Part shown: positions 52,688 through 61,520 of the stretch, in pieces
Numbering within the stretch: the stretch's first letter is position 1
Layout of the letters: each line of letters begins with the position of its first letter
Source of the DNA: an uncultured cyanobacterium
Lineage (GTDB): Bacteria; Cyanobacteriota; Cyanobacteriia; Cyanobacteriales; CAWCAG01
Reading direction: 5' to 3'
Length of the DNA stretch: 64,000 bases
NCBI GenBank assembly: GCA_963793425.1
Contig: CAWCAG010000009.1
Span: forward strand, 576,001 to 640,000
Notes under the pieces: model-generated
Told to the model about the DNA's origin: nothing
Database searches by the model: none
What the model saw: the letters and a program-made list of their open reading frames with translations, nothing else
Translations under genes and position numbers: made by a program

Positions 52688-53188
52688 GTGATTGCAATCT
52701 ATCCTGGCAGTTTTGATCCCATCACCTTGGGGCATCTCGACATCATCAAGCGTAGTGCTAAACTCTACGAACAAGTAATTGTTGGAGTTTTATGTAACCC
52801 CAGCAAGAGTCCTCTATTTACAGTAGATAAACGAGTTGAACAAATTCGCCGATGTACTACTCATCTTGCTAATGTAGAAGTTGACAGTTTTACTGGTTTA
52901 ACCGTGGAATATGCTCAAAGTCGCAAGGCAAAAGTTTTGTTAAGGGGCTTGCGGGTACTTTCCGACTTTGAAAAAGAACTCCAAATGGCTCATACCAATA
53001 AAACTCTTCTAGAAGAAATTGAAACAGTCTTTCTCGCTACTTCTACTGAACATAGCTTCTTAAGCAGTAGCGTAGTCAAAGAAATTGCCAGGTTCGGTGG
53101 CTGTGTCGATCACCTGGTTCCTGAGAATATTGTCACGGATATCTACCAGTGTTACACCAAGACTCATCCCGAATCGAACCAGAACTAA
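52688..53188 (+). CDS. coaD: Phosphopantetheine adenylyltransferase
   Basis: [28 protein letters not shown]. Confidence 0.96.
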   Translation: MIAIYPGSFDPITLGHLDIIKRSAKLYEQVIVGVLCNPSKSPLFTVDKRVEQIRRCTTHLANVEVDSFTGLTVEYAQSRKAKVLLRGLRVLSDFEKELQMAHTNKTLLEEIETVFLATSTEHSFLSSSVVKEIARFGGCVDHLVPENIVTDIYQCYTKTHPESNQN

Positions 53189-53802
53189 ATCAGTTCAATC
53201 CATCAGAAACAATTCCCGTTACTGCCCTCAGTTTTGACATTCAACGAGAATTAAACAGGCTTGAGGAAATTATTCTCGATAGCCCCCGCGTGTTTTTGAC
53301 TAAACGTACTTTGATTGATGAAGAACAACTTCTCGATCAGCTAGATTTAGTACGCATTAATCTACCGGATGCTTTCGAGGCAGCAAAAGAAATTCTGCGA
53401 CAAAAGGAAGTTATTCTCCTAGATGCGGAAGAATATGCCCAAGAAATGTTAGAAGAAGCCCAGCGTAGATCCCAAGAAATTTTAGAAGAGACGGGTATTG
53501 TTCGGCAGGCGGAATTTGAAGCCAATCAAATTAGGGAAGGGGTGAGACAAGAATGTGAACAAATGCAACAACAAACTCTCTCAGAAATCGAGCAAATTCG
53601 TATTCAAGCACATCAAGAAATTGAACAACTACGGCAAATGGCCTTAGATGAGTGCGAAGATATTCAAAATGGGGCAGATGAATATGCTGATGCCGTTTTA
53701 TTTAGAATAGAAGAGCAACTAGGGGATATGTTAAGGGTGATTCGTAACGGACGTACAAAGCTAGGTAATGGTTCTTCAGATAATAATAAGGTTGATAGCT
53801 AA
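53149..53802 (+). CDS. DivIVA-like coiled-coil cell division protein (Cdv3-like)
   Basis: [21 protein letters not shown], long coiled coil, GADEYAD; overlaps the 3' end of coaD. Confidence 0.75.
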   Translation: MLHQDSSRIEPELNQFNPSETIPVTALSFDIQRELNRLEEIILDSPRVFLTKRTLIDEEQLLDQLDLVRINLPDAFEAAKEILRQKEVILLDAEEYAQEMLEEAQRRSQEILEETGIVRQAEFEANQIREGVRQECEQMQQQTLSEIEQIRIQAHQEIEQLRQMALDECEDIQNGADEYADAVLFRIEEQLGDMLRVIRNGRTKLGNGSSDNNKVDS

Positions 53803-53875
53803 TGGCTAATAGCATTAATATTTTTTTCTGTTCCCTGTTCCCCAAATTAATAAAAAAACGGAGTTAATAAAATTT

Positions 53876-55201
53876 ATGAGTTACGATTATGATTTATTTG
53901 TTATTGGTGCAGGATCTGGGGGCGTTGCTTGTGCGAGGAGAGCGGCGGGATATGGTGCTAAGGTTGGTATAGCGGAATTTAGCCGTTTAGGGGGAACCTG
54001 TGTTAATCGTGGCTGTATCCCTAAAAAGTTGATGGTTTATGCTTCCCATTTTCCTGAACTTTTTCATGATGCCAAAGGTTATGGTTGGAGTGGTGTAGAG
54101 AGTAGTTTAGATTGGCAAAAACTAGTTACAGCTATTGATCAGGAATTAACGCGGTTAAATGGCGTTTACCAAAGGATGCTGGATAAAGCTAGTGTCAAAA
54201 TCTATCGGGGTTATGCAAAGTTCCTTGATCCCCATACCCTAGAAATTGGTGAGGAAAAGGTCACAGCAGAGAAAATCTTGATTGCTGTGGGGGGAAAGCC
54301 CCAAAAACCTGATATTCCGGGTATAGAACATACCATTACCTCTGATGATATGTTTACCCTTAAAGAACAACCCAAGCAGATAATTATTTTGGGGGGTGGT
54401 TATATTGGTACAGAATTTGCTTGTATCATGAATGGTTTAGGAACCCAGGTAACGCAAATAGTCCGCAGCGAACAAATCCTCCGGGGATTTGATGATGATT
54501 TGCGCTCAACTATTGCTGAGGCTATGGTTAGTCATGGTATCAATTTAATCACAGGAACAGAAGCTAAAAAAGTTACGAAGACAGACAAAGGGTTGAAAGT
54601 TGAGAATGCTACAGCTAAGGTTGTTTTAGCCGCTACAGGGCGCATACCTAACTTAGAGAAGTTGGGTTTGGAAAATACTGGAGTTGAAGTTAAAAATGGT
54701 GCTGTTGTAGCTGATAAGTATGGGCAAACGGCACAAAAAAATGTTTATGCAGTAGGAGATTGTTTAGATCGGGTGCAATTAACTCCTGTGGCAATTAGGG
54801 AAGGGCGTGCTTTCGCTGATACAGAGTTTGGTGGGATGTCTAAAACGATGGCTTATGACAACATCCCCACGGCGATATTCTCTACTCCGGAAGCCGGTGC
54901 TGTAGGATTGACAGAAGCTGAAGCCCAGGAAGAATATGGTGAGGAAGCGATTAAAACTTACCGCGCTAAGTTTAAATCTACTTACTATAGTTTGGCTCAT
55001 CGTGATGAAAAAACCATGATGAAGTTAATAGTCAATCAAGAAAATGACCAAGTTTTAGGCGCTCATATGGTAGGAGATCACGCCGCAGAAATTATTCAAG
55101 GAATTGCGATCGCAGTCAAAAAAGGTTGTACGAAAGCTGATTTTGATGCTACGGTTGCTCTTCATCCTACGGTAGCAGAAGAGTTTGTGACTATGCAATG
55201 A
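53876..55201 (+). CDS. gor: Glutathione-disulfide reductase
   Basis: IGAGSGG, GGTCVNRGCIPKK, LTPVAI, HPTVAEE. Confidence 0.94.
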   Translation: MSYDYDLFVIGAGSGGVACARRAAGYGAKVGIAEFSRLGGTCVNRGCIPKKLMVYASHFPELFHDAKGYGWSGVESSLDWQKLVTAIDQELTRLNGVYQRMLDKASVKIYRGYAKFLDPHTLEIGEEKVTAEKILIAVGGKPQKPDIPGIEHTITSDDMFTLKEQPKQIIILGGGYIGTEFACIMNGLGTQVTQIVRSEQILRGFDDDLRSTIAEAMVSHGINLITGTEAKKVTKTDKGLKVENATAKVVLAATGRIPNLEKLGLENTGVEVKNGAVVADKYGQTAQKNVYAVGDCLDRVQLTPVAIREGRAFADTEFGGMSKTMAYDNIPTAIFSTPEAGAVGLTEAEAQEEYGEEAIKTYRAKFKSTYYSLAHRDEKTMMKLIVNQENDQVLGAHMVGDHAAEIIQGIAIAVKKGCTKADFDATVALHPTVAEEFVTMQ

Positions 55202-55216
55202 TCAGTTATCAATGAT

Positions 55217-55240
55217 GCCTAACGGCAACGGCAAGCCGAA
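55217..55240 (+). repeat. 24-nt small dispersed repeat inserted at TGAT^CA (copy 3 of 3)
   Basis: GCCTAACGGCAACGGCAAGCCGAA; removing it restores AATGATCAATG. Confidence 0.75.
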
Positions 55241-55253
55241 CAATGTTTAATGT

Positions 55254-55941
55254 ATTGAAGATGAAAAGAGCAAAAACGCAATTTTCGTGACGGTTGTTGC
55301 CGAATTAGCAGATTTAGAAGCATGGGAAAGTGCGATCGCTCTTTATTAGCGAATGCTCACCTTAAGCAAAAGCAATATCGACGAGCTTTTGAGTTTGCAA
55401 AGTTAATTCCTGTTCTTACCATAAAAATGGCAACTCTGCAAAGGCAATATCAATAATAGATGAAGCTTTAGAAATCACCAAAACCATAGAAGTAGTTAAC
55501 GTTGTACCGGAGCGAAGTTTATTTTTACAATACTCTAATGCAGGATTTCTTATTTCTTTAGCTAATGATTATGTTGAATTTGGGCAAAAACAGCGAGGCT
55601 TAGAAATTTTAGCTAGAAGAATGTTGACTGAGTTCGGCAGTCAACATTATCAAAGTACAACCTTCAGTCTCTGGAATATAATAGGAGAGAAAGAAATCTT
55701 TACTCTTAAATTTGCATGGGATGACATCAACCCGTATCCCAGGCCTAATGGTGTATTTTTTACTCCTAACAAGGAACTATTGGTTTTTGATTTTGGCCAA
55801 GGGATTCTCCAATTTAGGTATACAGACTTGAACGTTTTAATAGAGCGTAGTTGCGATCGCATCCGCAACTACTTAAAGTACAATCCCAACGTTAAAGAAG
55901 AAGATAAACGCTTGTGTGATGGTATTGGTATCAAAGAATAG
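55254..55941 (+). pseudogene. Mosaic remnant: frame-broken TPR-like helical fragments joined to the C-terminus of a WD40-repeat protein
   Basis: Fragments in different frames (AELADLEAWESAIAL, LANAHLKQKQYRRAFEFA, LANDYVEFGQKQRGLEIL), then SLWN..FFTPN..LIERSCDRIRNYLKYNPNV..LCD. Confidence 0.6.
55876..55930 (+). repeat. 55-bp direct repeat, left copy (WD40 gene 3' end)
   Basis: 51/55 identical to 56780-56834. Confidence 0.9.
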
Positions 55942-56035
55942 AGGAAATACTTCTCAGTGTTTTCCTACTCATTTGATTTAAGGAAATTTCTCACAAAACG
56001 CTATACTCATCCGTAAGTGCAACTAAATAACAACT

Positions 56036-56452
56036 ATGCCAGCCAAAGACATTTATCATCACCAGCTCAAAAATGCTTTGATTAAAGATGGCTGGACAAT
56101 TACCGATGACCCCTTAATTTTATCCATCGGTAAAAAGGATTTATTTGTTGACTTAGGAGCAGAAAAAATAATTGCTGCGGAAAAAAATAATCGCAAGATT
56201 GCCGCAGAAATTAAAAGCTTCGTTGGTAGATCGCAAATTAATGATTTAGAAAATGCTGTAGGTCAATATATGGTTTACCTTCAGGTTTTATTGGAAACTA
56301 AAAGTGAGCGAATTTTATATTTAGCGATTAGGCAATCATCTTATCAAGAAGTATTTGAAGAAACTATAGGTAAAATATTCTTAAAAAAGAAGCTGATTAA
56401 TTTAATTGTTTTTGATGAACACAAGGAGAGTATCTTACAATGGATAGACTAA
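56036..56452 (+). CDS. xisH: XisH family protein
   Basis: PAKDIYH..KNALIKDGW.ITDDP, DLGAE, EIKSF, GQY. Confidence 0.92.
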   Translation: MPAKDIYHHQLKNALIKDGWTITDDPLILSIGKKDLFVDLGAEKIIAAEKNNRKIAAEIKSFVGRSQINDLENAVGQYMVYLQVLLETKSERILYLAIRQSSYQEVFEETIGKIFLKKKLINLIVFDEHKESILQWID

Positions 56453-56775
56453 CGGAACTTTATAACACTATCTATCCTATTCTCAAGGAATATGCAGACC
56501 TGCCCTATGCAGATCGGAATTTAGAACATAAATTAGTGATCAGTGATGACCACAAAGACTATCTATTAATGACTATCGGCTGGCGAGATGATGTCAAGAT
56601 ACACGGTTGCGTGGTTCATCTAGAAATTATTGACCAGAAGGTGTGGATACATCGGGATGGCTTAGAAGATGGTATTGCCGATGATTTAGTCAGAGCTGGC
56701 ATCCCTCCAAATCAGATCGTCCTGGCTTTTCATCCTCCCAAAATTAGACACCATACCGAATTTGCTGTTAATTAA
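56440..56775 (+). CDS. xisI: XisI family protein
   Basis: YLLMTIGW, HGCVVHLEI..KVWIHRDG.EDGIA..GIP..IVLAFH. Confidence 0.92.
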   Translation: MDRLTELYNTIYPILKEYADLPYADRNLEHKLVISDDHKDYLLMTIGWRDDVKIHGCVVHLEIIDQKVWIHRDGLEDGIADDLVRAGIPPNQIVLAFHPPKIRHHTEFAVN

Positions 56776-56779
56776 AGGT

Positions 56780-56834
56780 AAATACAATCCCAACGTTAAA
56801 GAAGAAGATAAACACTTATGTGACGGTATTGGTA
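56780..56834 (+). repeat. 55-bp direct repeat, right copy (orphan WD40 gene 3' end)
   Basis: Encodes KYNPNVKEEDKHLCDGIG and continues to its own stop; begins 5 bp after the xisI stop. Confidence 0.9.
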
Positions 56835-57055
56835 AAAATAAGTAGAAAAAAGTATAAATTAAAGTATTCCATGAAGAATAAACAAAATTAATCACCTCTT
56901 AACAGTGCATCTGTAGCCTCATAAGGAACTAACGGTAAAGGTGAGTTCGATTTGGGGTTGGAGATTTCTCTTGATTTATCGTTTCACTACGGAAGTCCTA
57001 TAATTGATAATCAGTAACTAACAATTTCCTTTACCTAAAACCTAATACCCAAAAA

Positions 57056-58411
57056 ATGACTCCCCAAAACTACCACATCACTACTTTCGGCTGCCAAATG
57101 AATAAAGCCGACTCTGAACGTATGGCTGGTATTTTAGATGATATGGGTTTGGTACATTCAGCAGATCCTAACCAAGCGGATTTGATTCTCTACAATACTT
57201 GTACTATTCGTGATAATGCGGAACAAAAAGTTTATTCTTATTTAGGTAGGCAAGCTAAACGCAAACATAAACAACCGGATTTAACTTTGGTTGTTGCAGG
57301 TTGTGTGGCGCAACAGGAAGGAGAAAAGTTGTTGCGGCGAGTCCCAGAGTTAGATTTGGTGATGGGACCGCAACACGCCAATCGTTTGGAGGATTTGTTA
57401 AGCCAAGTCTTTGACGGTAATCAAGTGGTTGCCACCGAACCTATCCACATTGCTGAAGATATTACCAAACCTCGGCGGGATAGTCAAGTTAGTGCTTGGG
57501 TGAATGTGATTTATGGTTGCAATGAACGCTGTACCTATTGTGTTGTCCCTAATGTGCGAGGGGTGGAACAATCCCGCACCCCAGAAGCGATTCGGGAGGA
57601 AATGGCAGAGTTGGCTAAGCAGGGTTACAAAGAAGTTACCCTGTTGGGACAAAATATTGATGCCTATGGTAGAGACTTACCCGGCAGCACCCCAGAAGGT
57701 CGTCACCAAAACACCTTGACAGATTTACTCTATTATGTTGCCGATATTCCTGGCATTGAACGCATCCGCTTTGCCACCAGTCATCCCCGCTATTTCACGG
57801 AAAGATTAATCCGTGCCTGTCAAGAAATACCCCAAGTTTGTGAACATTTCCACATTCCCTTTCAATCCGGGGATAACGACATCCTCAAAGCAATGGCAAG
57901 GGGTTATACCCAAGAAAAATATCGCCGCATTATTAATAAAATTAGGGAATGTATGCCCGATGCAGCTATTAGTGCTGATGCAATTGTCGCTTTTCCAGGG
58001 GAAACAGAAGAACAATTCAACAACACTTTGAAATTAGTTACAGATATCGGTTTTGACCAACTCAACACGGCAGCCTATTCCCCTCGCCCTGGCACTCCTG
58101 CGGCTTTGTGGGATAACCAGTTAAGCGAAGAGGTAAAGAGCGATCGCTTACAACGTATTAACCGTTTAGTTGAGGTAAAAGCAATTGAGCGATCGCAGCG
58201 TTATCTGGGTAGAGTTGAAGAAGTTTTAGTTGAAGATATAAATCCCAGAGATCCTAACCAAGTGGTGGGGCGTACTAGAGGCAGTCGTTTAACTTTTTGT
58301 CAGGGTAATATTGAGGAGTTAAAAGGAAAAACAATTAAGGTTAAAATAACCGATATAAGAGCTTTTAGCTTGACGGGGGAAAGGGTGGTTGAGAAGGTGA
58401 GTGTTTGTTGA
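57056..58411 (+). CDS. miaB: tRNA-i6A37 methylthiotransferase MiaB
   Basis: [33 protein letters not shown]-terminal TRAM domain. Confidence 0.96.
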   Translation: MTPQNYHITTFGCQMNKADSERMAGILDDMGLVHSADPNQADLILYNTCTIRDNAEQKVYSYLGRQAKRKHKQPDLTLVVAGCVAQQEGEKLLRRVPELDLVMGPQHANRLEDLLSQVFDGNQVVATEPIHIAEDITKPRRDSQVSAWVNVIYGCNERCTYCVVPNVRGVEQSRTPEAIREEMAELAKQGYKEVTLLGQNIDAYGRDLPGSTPEGRHQNTLTDLLYYVADIPGIERIRFATSHPRYFTERLIRACQEIPQVCEHFHIPFQSGDNDILKAMARGYTQEKYRRIINKIRECMPDAAISADAIVAFPGETEEQFNNTLKLVTDIGFDQLNTAAYSPRPGTPAALWDNQLSEEVKSDRLQRINRLVEVKAIERSQRYLGRVEEVLVEDINPRDPNQVVGRTRGSRLTFCQGNIEELKGKTIKVKITDIRAFSLTGERVVEKVSVC

Positions 58412-58432
58412 TGGAAAAATAACCAGCAAGCT

Positions 58433-59472
58433 TTATTCAGGGGGTTCAAAAATACAAATAGATTGCGGTTTAACAGGACAAGATTGATTAACAAGCTTCG
58501 GATTTCCCCATAGGTAAAGCCAAGTCAAATTAGTTAGAGTTGCAAGAGGAGTTATATCCTCTATTTCATTTTCCCCCAGGTAAAGCCCAGATAAATTAGT
58601 TAGAGTTGCAATAGGGGTTATATCCTTTATTTCATTTTCCCCCAGGTGAAGCCAAGTCAAATTAGTTAGAGTTGCAACAGGGTTATATCCTTTATTTCAT
58701 TTTCCGCCAGGTAAAGCCCAGTCAAATTAGTTAGAGTTGCAACAGGAGTTATATCCTTTATTTCATTTTCCCCCAGGTTAAGCCAAGTCAAATTAGTTAG
58801 AGTTGCAATAGGAGTTATATCCTCTATTTCATTTCCCCACAGGTCAAGCGAAGTCAAATTAGTTAGAGTTGCAATAGGAGTTATATCCTTTATTTCATTT
58901 CCCCCCAGATTAAGCAAAGTCAAATTAGTTAGAGTTGCAATAGGAGTTATATCCTTTATTTCATTTCCCCCCAGATCAAGCCAAGTCAAATTAGTTAGAG
59001 TTGCAACAGGGGTTATATCCTTTATTTCATTTTCCCCCAGGTCAAGCTCAGTAAAATTAGTTAGAGTTGCAACAGGGGTTATATCCTTTATTTCATTTCT
59101 CCCCAGGTAAAGCTCAGTAAGATTAGTTAGAGATGCAACAGGGGTTATATCTTCTATTTCGTTAAACTCCAGGTTAAGCTCAATCAAATTAGTCAAGTGC
59201 TTCTGGGCAAGCTGGCAATCTTCAGTTTCAGCTTCCTTCAACAAAACCTCAACAGTATGTCGCGCCTCACTAGTTAAACTTTCTCGATTTTCGCACCATT
59301 CGGCAAAGCTTTCAAACTGCTGCACTTGAGCCGTTGCTTGATGCCAACTACCACCAACACCTAAAGCAATAACTGCATAAACATTCGCGTAGCGTCTCCA
59401 TAAGGAGAAGCTCATTTTAGACATCACTACTTTATTTGTTGCGAACCGCTGACTTTGTTTGTTACTTCTCAT
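58433..59472 (-). CDS. Exported internalin-like leucine-rich repeat protein (10 full plus 1 partial 22-aa repeats); apparent 1-nt deletion at 58680-58682
   Basis: Signal-like N-terminus, N-cap SFAEWC..HTVEVLL..C, 66-bp repeats LTNLTxLxLxxNEIKDITPVAT, C-cap CPVKPQSIC. One repeat has GGG where its siblings have GGGG or GGAG. Start could be 59424. Confidence 0.85.
59385..59408 (-). repeat. 24-nt small dispersed repeat inserted in frame in the LRR signal region
   Basis: TCTCCTTATGGAGACGCTACGCGA on the minus strand; related copy at 59538-59562. Confidence 0.7.
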
Positions 59473-59518
59473 CTGCTAACTTCTAAACTTAAGGGAATCT
59501 TAATTTACATTAACAGAA

Positions 59519-59572
59519 GCGATACCTACGGCGGTCTTCTCCTTCCACCAGACGCTACGCGAATGCCTACGC
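59519..59572 (+). repeat. HIP1 site interrupted by a 21-nt repeat that itself carries a 25-nt repeat
   Basis: GCGAT[ACCTACGGCGGTCT[TCTCCTTCCACCAGACGCTACGCGA]ATGCCTA]CGC. Confidence 0.7.
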
Positions 59573-59608
59573 ATTCTCAAGCCTAGCTTTCATCCAGCAG
59601 ATACAGAG

Positions 59609-59745
59609 AATATTGAGGAGTTAAGAGGAAAAACAATTAAGGTTAAAATAACTGATATAAGAGCCTTTAGCTTAACAGGAGAAAGGGTGGTTGAGAAGGT
59701 AAGTGTTTGTTGATAGAAAAATAACCAGCAACAACTTTTATTCAG
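59609..59745 (+). repeat. Orphan duplicate of the miaB 3' end (last 34 codons, stop and downstream spacer)
   Basis: 59609-59713 versus 58307-58411: 98/105 identical; similarity continues about 30 bp past the stop. Confidence 0.93.
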
Positions 59746-59749
59746 AAGG

Positions 59750-60075
59750 TTAAAAAGTACAAATAATATATAGTCGTGGTTCAAATTGTCGTTCAATAGG
59801 ACAAGTTTGATTAGTAAGCTTTGGATTTCCCCCCAGGTAAAGCTGATATAAATTAGTTAAAGAAGAAAGAGGAGTTATATCCTCTATTTGATTTTCCTCC
59901 AGGTAAAGCTCAGATAAATTAGTTAAAGAAGAAAGAGGGGTTATATCCTTTATTTCATTTCCCTCCAGCCAAGCCAAGTCAAATTAGTCAGAGTTGCAAC
60001 AGGGGTAATATCCTTTATTTCATTTCCCTCCAGGCTAAGCCCAGTAAAATTAGTTAGAGTTGCAACAGGAGTTAT
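59750..60075 (-). pseudogene. 3' fragment of a second LRR gene, truncated by the IS element
   Basis: About four 66-bp LRR units plus C-cap TCPIERQ..IC; 1-nt deletion near 59969-59972; sequence breaks at GTTAT|CAAAAC. Confidence 0.85.
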
Positions 60076-61399
60076 CAAAACAAAAAAAGGTTTAAAACCC
60101 CGCCGTTTTAGGGCGGATTCGTTGATTTTTTCAGGTACAATAAACATAATTTGCCAATAGCAACTGTTGCAACCAACATGAAAGCTAGATACAGATACAG
60201 ATTTTACCCAACGAAGGAGCAAAAACCAACACTTGCTCAACTATTTGGCTGTATCCGCGTCGTTTGGAACGATGCTCTGGCACTATGCAAAAATGTAGGC
60301 AAAGCATTAAACTACAACAAACTATCTAGCCTGTTAACCATAGCCAAAAAGAGTGAAGAAAGAAAGTGGCTAAGAGATGTATCAGCAGTCCCCTTACAAC
60401 AAACTTTAAGAAACTTAGCCACAGCCTACAAGAACTTCTTTAACTCATGTAAGGGCAAAAGAAAAGGTAAAAAAGTCTTACCACCAAAATTCAAGAAGCG
60501 AAGTAACCAACAAAGTGCAGCATTTGCCAAATCCGCCTTTTCAATGGAAGGGCAACAAGTTTACCTAGCTAAAATAGGCAACATTAACCCTATATTCTCA
60601 AGAGAACTACCATCTGTCCCCACATCTCTAACAGTAATCAAAGATAGTGCTGATAGGTACTTTATAAGCTTTGTAGTTGAAATCCCACCACAAAACTTAC
60701 CTAAATGCGATTCAAGCGTAGGAATAGACTTAGGAATAATAGACTTTGCCACATTAAGTAATGGAGAGAAAATCAAAGCCCCAAAACCCTTAAAAAAGAA
60801 ACTAAAGAAGCTCAGAAAACTACAACGTAACCTTGCCAGAAAGACGAAAGGTAGTAAGAGACGAGAATTAGCTAGAAGGAGAGTAGCCAAGCTTAACGCC
60901 AAGATAAAAGACACCAGAACAGATTTTTTACATAAGCTATCAACTAAGATAATTCGTGAAAACCAAACGATAATCTTAGAAGATTTAAACGTATCGGGAA
61001 TGCTCCGAAACCGTAAATTATCCCGTGCAATTAGTGATTTAGGATGGCGTAGTTTCAGAACTATGTTAGAAGCTAAATCAGTAATGTATGGTAGAGAATT
61101 TAGGGTAATTGATAGATGGGAACCAACATCACAAACTTGCTCTTGTTGTGGTTTCAGAGGTGGTAAGCAGGAACTCTCTATTAGAGAATGGACTTGTTTG
61201 AATTGCGGTGCAGTTCATGACAGAGATGTCAACGCTGCTGTAAATATCAAAGTCGCGGGGGGACACCCTGAGACTTTAAACGGACGTGGAGGCAGGTGTA
61301 AGACTACAACTGTAGCAGCAGCCTATGAAACGTCAACTATCCAGTTAGAATTGTTCTAAATTGGAATCCCCGTACCTTCTAGGTCGGGGAGGATGTCAA
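60076..61399 (+). mobile_element. IS200/IS605 family element, tnpB-only (IS1341-like)
   Basis: Left-end AAAA-CCCCGCCGTTTTAGGGCGG hairpin; right-end GAAT-CCCCGTACCTTCTAGGTCGGGG hairpin ending GATGTCAA; preceded by TTAT; no tnpA. Confidence 0.88.
60178..61359 (+). CDS. tnpB: RNA-guided endonuclease TnpB
   Basis: YRYRFYPT N-terminus, RuvC GIDLG / LEDL / DRDVNAA, zinc finger CSCC..CLNC; catalytic D-E-D all present. Confidence 0.95.
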   Translation: MKARYRYRFYPTKEQKPTLAQLFGCIRVVWNDALALCKNVGKALNYNKLSSLLTIAKKSEERKWLRDVSAVPLQQTLRNLATAYKNFFNSCKGKRKGKKVLPPKFKKRSNQQSAAFAKSAFSMEGQQVYLAKIGNINPIFSRELPSVPTSLTVIKDSADRYFISFVVEIPPQNLPKCDSSVGIDLGIIDFATLSNGEKIKAPKPLKKKLKKLRKLQRNLARKTKGSKRRELARRRVAKLNAKIKDTRTDFLHKLSTKIIRENQTIILEDLNVSGMLRNRKLSRAISDLGWRSFRTMLEAKSVMYGREFRVIDRWEPTSQTCSCCGFRGGKQELSIREWTCLNCGAVHDRDVNAAVNIKVAGGHPETLNGRGGRCKTTTVAAAYETSTIQLELF

Positions 61400-61520
61400 G
61401 GGGAATAAATAACACAGTAGCCTCAGCAATTACTAGAATGAAAATGGAAGTTCAATAAATTGCTACTTAAACTACTTATTCCGTTCAAACCCAACTCTGG
61501 CTAACTAAAATTTAACTATT

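Noticed and set aside
58480..59200. CRISPR array suggested by regular repeats with variable inserts
   Set aside because: The period is 66 bp and in frame with an LRR protein; the variable parts are only a few codons; no cas genes.
59590..59796. Similar small minus-strand ORFs at 58300..58494 and 59590..59796 as a duplicated gene
   Set aside because: They are antisense shadows of the duplicated miaB 3' end.
58433..60075. Diversity-generating retroelement acting on the LRR genes
   Set aside because: No reverse transcriptase in the window; framework adenines are invariant and variation is not adenine-specific.
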